NCBI GenBank assembly: GCA_020062665.1
Contig: JAGUVW010000061.1
Location: 22,881-46,880 of the forward strand
DNA from: Pseudomonadales bacterium
GTDB taxonomy: Bacteria > Pseudomonadota > Gammaproteobacteria > Pseudomonadales > Ketobacteraceae
Reading direction: 5' to 3'
Length of the DNA: 24,000 bases
Of this stretch, positions 17,071 through 24,000 are shown piece after piece. Position 1 is the stretch's first letter. Every line of letters begins with the position of its first letter. A program made the position numbers and the translations under genes. The notes beneath the pieces were generated by a model, which was not told the origin of the DNA, made no database searches, and worked only from the letters and a program-made list of their open reading frames with translations.

Positions 17071-18661
17071 GTTTTGTGTCGGGAAGCGAGTAAAAGCGGT
17101 GCCACAGTTGCCGGTAGCGTTGCAGTTCCTGTTGCCAGTGCATGTCGCTCCAGTGCAGTTCCTGTTGGCAGATAGTTTTTACGGCGTCGAAAATGGCTTC
17201 GCCACCGTTCTGCAGCAGCAGGCCCACGCGGGTGCGACGCAGCAGCAGATCATCCAGATGCACGATCTGTTCGTTGCGACAGCTCCAGCGCATTTCTGCC
17301 AGACAGAATGCCGTGCCGGCGATGGGCTCGCGTTCCTGTTCTGATGCTGATGCCAGCAGCGTTTTGGCTGCGTTGCCGTAGCGGCCGATCAAACGCAGGG
17401 CGCGATCCTGATCCTGCAGATTCAGCTGTTGCGGTGTCAGCGCGCTGTGCTGGAAAACATCCTCGGCGTCGTTGTTGAAGGCAACACCCTGCAGAAACGG
17501 CTTGGCGGCCTGCAGCGTGTCCCGCGCAATCAGGCGGAACGTGGTGAGCTTGCCGCCGCTGACACTCACCAGGCCCTGATCCACCCACACCTGGTGATCG
17601 CGTTTTTCCTTCGATGGGTCTTTGCTGCGATCCTTGCTGATCACCGGGCGCACGCCCGCGTAGGTGGAAATGATGTCGGATGCTGAAACGTTGGCGTCGG
17701 GAAACTGATCCTGTGCCAGTTGCAGCAGGTAGTCCACTTCGTCGGCGGTGATGCCGGGTTCTTCCTGCAGTGAACGGGGGTGATCCAGATCGGTGGTGCC
17801 GATCACGGTGACGCCTTCCCACGGAAAAATGAACGTGGCGCGCTTGTCGCGGGGGTGGAACAGGGTCAGCGCTTCCTGCACGGGAATTTTTTCTGCCGGA
17901 ATGATGATGTGACTGCCGCGCAGAGGGCGAATGGTGCGTTCGTGGGCGACGGATTCGCGCAAGGCATCCACCCAGGCGCCGGTGGCGTTTATTACGGCGC
18001 TGGCGTGCACGTCAAACGTTTCGCCACTGATTTCGTCATGCAGTGTCACGCCAGTGACAGGGCCATTGTTGTGACGCAGCAGCGCGATGGCTCTGGTGTA
18101 ATTAAGCACCTGGCCGCCTTCGCTGCAGGCTTGCTGCAGCACCCGCAATACCAGGCGCGCATCATCTGTGACGGCATCGGTGTAATAGCTGGCGCCCTTC
18201 AAACCGTCGCGACGCAGGCCGGGCACCTTCTTCAGTACCGTGTCGGCTTCGTGCCAGCCATGGGTCTTGATGCCGGCCAGCTTGTCGTAGAGCGCCAGCA
18301 AGGTGTTGAACGCCATCTTGCCGGGAAACTGCCCCTTGCGGATCGGAAACAGATAACCCATGCGTTCCACCAGGCCGGGAGCTTCGCGGATCAGGCGTTC
18401 CCGCTCCAGCGCGGAATGACGGGTGAGACCGATGTCACCTTGCGCGATGTAGCGCAGGCCACCGTGCACCATCTTCGAAGAACGGCTCGACGTGCCCCAG
18501 GCGAAATCCTGTTGCTCCACCAGCAGTGCATTCAGGCCCTGGCGCGTGGCTTCCCGCAGAATGCCGGCACCGGTGATGCCGCCGCCGATCACGATGATGT
18601 CGAAGCGACGTTTGTCTTTAAGTGAATCCCAAATCTGCGTGCGATCGCCCAGCGTGCTCAT
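17060..18661 (-). CDS. FAD-dependent glycerol-3-phosphate dehydrogenase/oxidase-like protein
   Basis: FAD dinucleotide fold [18 protein letters not shown], the GlpD-type [20 protein letters not shown], and a C-terminal alpha-helical GlpD-type extension. Length is 533 aa. Confidence 0.85.
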   Translation of the reverse strand: MSTLGDRTQIWDSLKDKRRFDIIVIGGGITGAGILREATRQGLNALLVEQQDFAWGTSSRSSKMVHGGLRYIAQGDIGLTRHSALERERLIREAPGLVERMGYLFPIRKGQFPGKMAFNTLLALYDKLAGIKTHGWHEADTVLKKVPGLRRDGLKGASYYTDAVTDDARLVLRVLQQACSEGGQVLNYTRAIALLRHNNGPVTGVTLHDEISGETFDVHASAVINATGAWVDALRESVAHERTIRPLRGSHIIIPAEKIPVQEALTLFHPRDKRATFIFPWEGVTVIGTTDLDHPRSLQEEPGITADEVDYLLQLAQDQFPDANVSASDIISTYAGVRPVISKDRSKDPSKEKRDHQVWVDQGLVSVSGGKLTTFRLIARDTLQAAKPFLQGVAFNNDAEDVFQHSALTPQQLNLQDQDRALRLIGRYGNAAKTLLASASEQEREPIAGTAFCLAEMRWSCRNEQIVHLDDLLLRRTRVGLLLQNGGEAIFDAVKTICQQELHWSDMHWQQELQRYRQLWHRFYSLPDTKHDR

Positions 18662-18663
18662 CG

Positions 18664-20259
18664 TTACTCCTGCAGCAGTTTGCCGGGATTCATGATGCCT
18701 TGTGGATCGAAGCGGTCACACAGGGAACGAATGGCCGCGATGCCGAGCGCGCCTTTTTCTGCCGCCAGATAGGGCGCGTGATCGACGCCCACACCATGCT
18801 GATGGCTGATGGTGCCGCCGTGTTTGACGATCTGTTCCGATGCCGCCGCTTTCAGGGTCTTCCAGCGCTGGAAGGTTTCGCCGTAGGTTTCACCGCAACG
18901 GAACACATAGGTGGTGTAAATGCTGGAGCCCTGGGTGTAGAGGTGGGACAAATGGGTAAACACGTGCACCTTTTCGCCGCTGCTATTGAGCCCGTTCTGC
19001 AATGCGTATTCGATGGCGCCGAGGGCAGTGGTGACATTGCTCCAGTCCACGGCGGTTTCCAGCGTGTCCACAGCATAGCCGTTTTCCCACAGGCCGTGGC
19101 GCAGATAGGGTGAGCGGAAGCGGTTCTCCAGCCATTTTTTTCCCAGCAGGGTGCCGGTGTGAATGCCGCCGTATTCCTTGATGACCGGACGCGCCAGTTC
19201 CATCGCTGCCTTGCAGTACAGCTTGCTTCCGGTGAGGCCGAAGGTGAACATGCATTTTTCGGAACGGGCGCCGCGCAGGCCCAGGTATTTTTCCAGCAGA
19301 CCGATGGCAGTGGGGTGGCCCGCAAGCTGCAGTTGTGTCCAGGTTTCGCGGGCGTTGGACACGCGCATCATCGAAAGCGGAATTTTGAGTTGCACCAGCG
19401 TGCGCACGGCGGCGGTGGCTTCTTCCCAGTTGGGAAAGAACACCACGTGAAAATCTTCCTGTTCCGGCAGCGGCGTGACGCGCACCTTCACGTCGGTGAT
19501 GATGCCCAGGCGGCCTTCCGAGCCCAGAATCATCTCGCGGATGTCCGGCCCGGCAGACGACGCCGGAATGGTGGGAATATCCAGCGTGCCCACCGGTGTT
19601 TCGATGTGGCCGCCGGCAAACAGCTGCTCGATGCGACCATAGCGCAGGGACTGCTGGCCGCTGGAACGGCTCGCCACCCAGCCACCGATGGTGGACAGCT
19701 CCCAGGATTGCGGGAAATGTCCCAGGGTGTAGCCCATGGGTTTCAGTTGCGATTCCACCAGCGGCCCCGGTGTGCCGGCGCCAAAAGTGGCGATCTGGCT
19801 TTCGCGATCCAGGTGTTGCAGACGATTCATATTGGTGAGGCTGATGGTGAGCACTGGCCTGTCGCCTGCTGCCGGATTGATGTGTCCCACCACCGACGAA
19901 CCGCCGCCATAGGGAATCACAGACACCTTCTGCTGCAGCGCATAATGCAACAGTTCCCGCACTTGCAGCGCATTCACCGGAAACGCCACGCCATCGGGAA
20001 ACACGCCAAATTCACCGCTGCGCAGGGCGAGCCAGTCCGCCAGGCTTTGGCCGCGGGCATGACGTACGCGGGTTTCGGCGTCGGTGACAATCAGCGGATG
20101 GTGAGGCAGGCGCGACGGCGGAACCTTGGCCATCACATCCTGCAGGCTGGCGTCGGGCAGGCGATGGCCGGGCCCGATCATGTCCGCCAGAAAGCGTTGT
20201 GCCGAGGGTTTGAGGGGGAAATCGGTGCTCTCGTCACCCCAGCCGTTCCAGCGACGCAT
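18664..20259 (-). CDS. FAD-linked oxidase resembling alkyldihydroxyacetonephosphate synthase (AGPS)
   Basis: N-terminal RWNGWGDE (AGPS-type xWNGWG), FAD-binding PCMH region IPYGGGSSVVG, and a C-terminal SHQHGVG...MNPGKLL. Length is 531 aa. GGAG lies 9 nt upstream of the ATG. The stop is 2 nt from the next start. Confidence 0.85.
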   Translation of the reverse strand: MRRWNGWGDESTDFPLKPSAQRFLADMIGPGHRLPDASLQDVMAKVPPSRLPHHPLIVTDAETRVRHARGQSLADWLALRSGEFGVFPDGVAFPVNALQVRELLHYALQQKVSVIPYGGGSSVVGHINPAAGDRPVLTISLTNMNRLQHLDRESQIATFGAGTPGPLVESQLKPMGYTLGHFPQSWELSTIGGWVASRSSGQQSLRYGRIEQLFAGGHIETPVGTLDIPTIPASSAGPDIREMILGSEGRLGIITDVKVRVTPLPEQEDFHVVFFPNWEEATAAVRTLVQLKIPLSMMRVSNARETWTQLQLAGHPTAIGLLEKYLGLRGARSEKCMFTFGLTGSKLYCKAAMELARPVIKEYGGIHTGTLLGKKWLENRFRSPYLRHGLWENGYAVDTLETAVDWSNVTTALGAIEYALQNGLNSSGEKVHVFTHLSHLYTQGSSIYTTYVFRCGETYGETFQRWKTLKAAASEQIVKHGGTISHQHGVGVDHAPYLAAEKGALGIAAIRSLCDRFDPQGIMNPGKLLQE

Positions 20260-20356
20260 AGTGCAGCTCCATTGTCAGCATTCAGAAAGTGTTCACTATA
20301 ACTGGAGTTTAGATTTCAGCCGAAAGAATGGATAGAAAATTTTCCTGGGTGCGCAT

Positions 20357-21118
20357 TTAGCCGTAGCGACGACACTCTGCGGGGAATACAGTGGAATTTA
20401 CTATCTCCACGAGCTCGCCAGTGTGTTGGCCGATAAAGAAATGCCCGCCTTCGAATAGCAGCAGCGGCCCCGGTTGCTCGAACAGGGGCATCCATTGACG
20501 CAGATCATCGACAGCCACCAGAACGTCTGACATCCCGCCCAGAAGGGTAAGGCTGGAGGGCAGCTTGCCGTCGGGTTTTGCACTGTAGGTTTCCACCAGT
20601 TTGAAGTCAGCCCGCAGCATGGGCAGCAGGAATTGCATGAGTTCTGCATTGTCCAGCACCGCCTGGGGCACACCGGACAGTTTGGTGATGCGTTCGATGA
20701 ATGCGGCGTCCGGCAGGCGGTGGATGTGTGCCGCACGTCGCGGCACGCAGGGTGCCCCACTGCCGGATGCAAAGAAATGCTCCGGCGTGGGAAAGTGGTT
20801 CTGTTGCAGGCGCCGGGCAAGTTCATAGGCGATTTTGCTGCCCATGCTGTGGCCGAAGAAGGCAAACGGTTTGTCTAGCTGCGTCAGCATTGCGCCGAAC
20901 AGTTCGTCTATCAGCAGATCCATTTGACTGAAGGGCTTTTCCTGGCTGCGCCTGCCCCGACCCGGCAGCTGAGCGATCACCAGTTCAATCCGCCTGTCCA
21001 GATATGGCAGCCAGGGCAGAAAAGTCGTCATGTCACCTCCAGCGAATGGAAAACAGAACAGGCGGAAGGCGGCCCCCAGCCTTCTTTCCGGTGTTACCAA
21101 CAGGGAAGATGCGTTCAT
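20357..21118 (-). CDS. Type II thioesterase (alpha/beta hydrolase, PF00975-like)
   Basis: FCFPFAGG near the N-terminus, QLPGRGRR, nucleophile elbow GHSMGS, LPMLRADF and a C-terminal GGHFF. This is the canonical motif set of stand-alone NRPS/PKS editing thioesterases. The ATG lies 1 nt after the MMPL stop. Confidence 0.8.
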   Translation of the reverse strand: MNASSLLVTPERRLGAAFRLFCFPFAGGDMTTFLPWLPYLDRRIELVIAQLPGRGRRSQEKPFSQMDLLIDELFGAMLTQLDKPFAFFGHSMGSKIAYELARRLQQNHFPTPEHFFASGSGAPCVPRRAAHIHRLPDAAFIERITKLSGVPQAVLDNAELMQFLLPMLRADFKLVETYSAKPDGKLPSSLTLLGGMSDVLVAVDDLRQWMPLFEQPGPLLLFEGGHFFIGQHTGELVEIVNSTVFPAECRRYG

Positions 21119-21119
21119 G

Positions 21120-23501
21120 TCATTGTGCTTCCAGCGCCAGAGCAGGTTCGGGTTTTTCGCCCAGTTTCAATACGAGAAGAATGGCGGGAATGAACAGCAG
21201 ATCGAACAGCAAGGCCACGAATATGGTCAGTGCCGCCATCATTCCCATCCAGGCATTGATTTGGAAGCCTGAAAAGGCCAGGCAAGCAAAGCCGACAGCA
21301 AGGGCCAATGTCATGGCGATCAACCCTGGGCCAACAGTTTTGAACGCACCCTGTACGGCGGCTTCTGTGCTGCAGTTTTCTTCGCGCTGCAATCGCGAAA
21401 AACACGTCAGCATGTGGATGGTGGCGTCCACCACGATTCCGAACGTAACTGCGGCCACGGTGGCGACAGCCATGCCGACTTCTCCGTCGATGAGTGCCCA
21501 TATGCCGAGTGTCGCCATGCAGGGGGCAAAATTGGCGACAGTGCCGACAAGGCTGAGTGAAAGCGAACGGAAAGCGAGAACGAAGATTACCCACACCACC
21601 AGAACGCTTACGGCCATGCCGCGCAGCATTTCCTGAATGTTGCGGTTGCCAATGTGAGCGAACAGCAGCGACGTTCCAGTGGCCTTTGCTGAGACAGCAA
21701 TCAACCTGGTGTGATGGGACGCCCATTGTTCCGCGCGCGCCTGCAGATCTGTCATTTCGCCGGTGGAAATGTCGTTGAGGCTGACAGACAGCCGGCTCTG
21801 GCGTTTGTCTGCTGTGAGCTGATTGCGCAGATCGGTACCAAATGGCAACGACATTTCGTAAAGCGCCAGATACTGCGCCCCCAGATCGCGATTGGCAGGC
21901 AGGCGATATTCAGATGCAGCACCGCCTTGCATGGCGCGATTGATGGTTTTCATGATGTCAGGTAAACCATGCACATGGGTGACTCCCGGTTGTGCCCGCA
22001 ACCATTGGGCGAATGCATCGACTTCCTGCAGATATTGCGGATTGGAAATACCATCGGTTTCCTGGGAATCCAGTGAAAATTCCAGGATATAGAAACCGCC
22101 CAGGTCTTCGTTCATGCGATCGGTTGCGACGCGGAAACTGTAGCTGTGATCGAAGTAGCGAACGTAACGATCATCCAGCACATTGGTGAACGCCAGAGCG
22201 CCAAGGGCCACGGTGGCAACGCTGATGGCCGTTACAAAAAAATAGGGCCTGTGAGTAACCAGCCGCGCGATACCGATGCTGAATTGCTCTGCCGGTAGTG
22301 AGACGGCATTCGCGCGCCAGGGCAACAGGCACAGCAGGGCTGGGAAGAAGGTAACGGAAAAAAGCCACGCCACCAGGGAGCCAATGGCGACGATGATGCC
22401 CAGGTGGGCAAAGGGCGGAACGGCACTGAAAACCAGGGTGAGAAATCCAATGGCTGTGGTGATCGTGGTCAGCGTGACCGGCCACCAGCATTCCAGTAAC
22501 GACTCTTTCACTGCTTCTCGCCGGTCGAGTCCGCTGCGGCGCAACCGCATCATGCCGGCGCACATGTGGATACAATCGCAGGTTGCCAGCGTAAGGATGA
22601 TATTGGGCGCGATTACGCTGGGGGATGAGAGCGGAACGCCGCACATTGCCGCCAGACCCAGCGCGCACACGGTGCTCAGCGCGATCACCAGAAAAGTAGC
22701 CGCAGCACCTGCGGCTGATCGCAGCGAGAATGCGATGATCAGCAGCAATGCCACCACCATGATCGGTAGCAATACCGAGCTGTCGAACGTGCTGGCTTCC
22801 ACAAAGGCGTGATCAAGTGCCACTGAACCGGACAGGCCTATTTCAAGATCGGGATATGCGACGCGGTACTGCTGCAGCACGGCATGACCCGCCGCGATGG
22901 CGGCTTGTGACTGATCAGATGCGGTGGCTGCCCGAAAGCGGAATTGAACCACTACCAGCCCCAAGGTTCCGTCTTTTGACAGCAAACGATCGATTAGCAG
23001 CGGTTCCAGCACCGCATCTGCCTTGAGTTGTTTGGCCTGCGCAACCGATACCGGATCGCCAGAGCGTGCGAGGTGATCGATCTCGATATCATCATCCAGC
23101 GCCCGAACCCGCTGGAAGTTCGTCACAGAATCCACCCGTTTTACAGCAGGTAACGACCACGCAGCATCGGTGATTTCGTTGATGGCATGCAGGCGCTCGG
23201 GCGTGAATAAATCCCCTGCGTTGGCCTTGATCACGAAAATCAGATTATCGTCGCGACCGTAAAGCTGTTCGAACTGCTCAAGCTGGACCAGATCCGGGTT
23301 GTCGTCCGCAAAGAAGACGCGGTTGTCGCTGCGGAACGTGAGCTGGGACATCCCGGATATCAGTATTGCTGCGACGATCAGCGATCCCAGCAGCACCGAT
23401 TTGGGATTGGCCACCAACCAGTTGACGTAGCGAAAGACTATCTGCTGCACGACCGAGTCAGGGTTACCATGCTGCCGTGCCGCCTGGGCGGTATTGTTCA
23501 T
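21120..23501 (-). CDS. MMPL/RND-superfamily exporter (COG1033, HpnN-like)
   Basis: Two repeats, each a soluble loop followed by a block of 5-6 TM helices. The helix blocks resemble sterol-sensing domains. I set the start at ATG 23501 (MNNTAQ..., GGGAGA about 8 nt upstream). The supplied ORF start at 23579 would overlap the upstream gene by 47 nt. Confidence 0.8.
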   Translation of the reverse strand: MNNTAQAARQHGNPDSVVQQIVFRYVNWLVANPKSVLLGSLIVAAILISGMSQLTFRSDNRVFFADDNPDLVQLEQFEQLYGRDDNLIFVIKANAGDLFTPERLHAINEITDAAWSLPAVKRVDSVTNFQRVRALDDDIEIDHLARSGDPVSVAQAKQLKADAVLEPLLIDRLLSKDGTLGLVVVQFRFRAATASDQSQAAIAAGHAVLQQYRVAYPDLEIGLSGSVALDHAFVEASTFDSSVLLPIMVVALLLIIAFSLRSAAGAAATFLVIALSTVCALGLAAMCGVPLSSPSVIAPNIILTLATCDCIHMCAGMMRLRRSGLDRREAVKESLLECWWPVTLTTITTAIGFLTLVFSAVPPFAHLGIIVAIGSLVAWLFSVTFFPALLCLLPWRANAVSLPAEQFSIGIARLVTHRPYFFVTAISVATVALGALAFTNVLDDRYVRYFDHSYSFRVATDRMNEDLGGFYILEFSLDSQETDGISNPQYLQEVDAFAQWLRAQPGVTHVHGLPDIMKTINRAMQGGAASEYRLPANRDLGAQYLALYEMSLPFGTDLRNQLTADKRQSRLSVSLNDISTGEMTDLQARAEQWASHHTRLIAVSAKATGTSLLFAHIGNRNIQEMLRGMAVSVLVVWVIFVLAFRSLSLSLVGTVANFAPCMATLGIWALIDGEVGMAVATVAAVTFGIVVDATIHMLTCFSRLQREENCSTEAAVQGAFKTVGPGLIAMTLALAVGFACLAFSGFQINAWMGMMAALTIFVALLFDLLFIPAILLVLKLGEKPEPALALEAQ

Positions 23502-23532
23502 CTGTGAAATCTCCCTATCGACAATGTTTTTA

Positions 23533-24000
23533 TTACAGGTACCAGGCCCAGCTGAGCTTGAAGTACGGGTCATTTTCAAATCCCTTCAGTGCAGGGTCTT
23601 CAGACACTGATTGTGGTAACAGAATTTGAGCGGAAATGGTTTGTGCACCTCCCAGCCTTCTCGATGCCCGCACATCGATCAGGTCGGAGTGGAATTCCAC
23701 GTCATGGGTGTAGCGAACATCCAGCAGCGTATCGTTCACGTCGTTGGTGTTGTAGCGAAAGCCAACAAACACATCCCGCTGAAACGGCGTCAAGGGTGCA
23801 AGCTCGTTGCGCGTGTCGTAGTAGGCTTCCAGGTAGACGGTGATGGAGGAAAACCCGTCAGTGATCTGGTTGAACGTGGTTTCAGATCCGATGCCGCTGC
23901 CGACGAAACTGTCCGATCCTCCGGTTTGGCTGATCAGCTCTGCCTTTAATACGGTGTCGCCCGCAACGTATCGAAGTTCCAGCCCGGATTGCGCAATTTC
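23533..24000 (-). CDS. Hypothetical protein, C-terminal fragment; possibly an outer-membrane beta-barrel
   Basis: My hand translation shows the frame open from base 24000 down to the stop at 23533-23535 (EIAQSGLELRYVAGDTVLKAELISQTGGSD...FKLSWAWYL). The 'M' at 23793 in the ORF track is an internal TTG. The alternating hydrophobic pattern and aromatic-rich C-terminus suggest beta strands. I recognise no family. Confidence 0.5.
   Translation of the reverse strand, partial: EIAQSGLELRYVAGDTVLKAELISQTGGSDSFVGSGIGSETTFNQITDGFSSITVYLEAYYDTRNELAPLTPFQRDVFVGFRYNTNDVNDTLLDVRYTHDVEFHSDLIDVRASRRLGGAQTISAQILLPQSVSEDPALKGFENDPYFKLSWAWYL

Noticed and set aside
23502-23579. Upstream start of the MMPL ORF overlapping the preceding gene by 47 nt. 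I also considered the extended starts at 13483 (SGNH), 8015 (DUF2788) and 15099 (zntR).
   Set aside because: In each case an internal ATG preceded by a purine-rich SD gives a protein with a sensible N-terminus. The longer forms lack an SD or overlap neighbours.
1-24000. A search of all intergenic regions on both strands for tRNA/rRNA genes, CRISPR repeats, IS or transposase ends, integrases, toxin-antitoxin pairs and phage-defence signatures (nucleases, helicases, methyltransferases, STAND ATPases).
   Set aside because: I found none. All intergenic gaps are 180 nt or shorter and are explained by promoters, operators or terminators. No CDS carries defence-type or mobile-element motifs.

Overview
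This is a densely coding, high-GC chromosomal segment with gammaproteobacterial-looking gene content. The taxonomic guess rests on protein families only. I support 22 CDS, two of them truncated by the window edges, and found no rRNA, tRNA, CRISPR array, IS element, integrase or recognisable defence genes. Left to right the CDS are: thiolase 3' end; a double-FHA tail-anchored protein; rdgC; an alpha/beta hydrolase plus lipoprotein pair; a minus-strand, translationally coupled operon of an AMP-phosphorylase-like 'thymidine phosphorylase', a PRPP-synthetase-like protein and a DUF155/RMD1 membrane protein; a PA0069-family radical SAM gene behind a near-consensus LexA box; a DUF2788 small membrane protein; an ABC1/UbiB-family kinase coupled to an orphan Cache-PAS histidine kinase; a small OM beta-barrel; SGNH hydrolase and SDR; and a ZntR-type MerR regulator behind its own PzntA-like operator. 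The rest is a long minus-strand block: partial putative OM protein, MMPL/RND exporter, type II thioesterase, then alkyl-DHAP-synthase-like flavoprotein, GlpD-like dehydrogenase and FGGY kinase. The most interesting candidates for uncharacterised biology are the nucleotide-phosphorylase/Prs-like/DUF155 operon, the AGPS-like/GlpD-like/FGGY lipid-type operon, and the adjacent exporter/thioesterase module. That module looks lower in GC and may be the edge of a secondary-lipid or natural-product locus lying beyond base 24000. All functional calls come from reading motifs in the supplied translations, and no database search was run.
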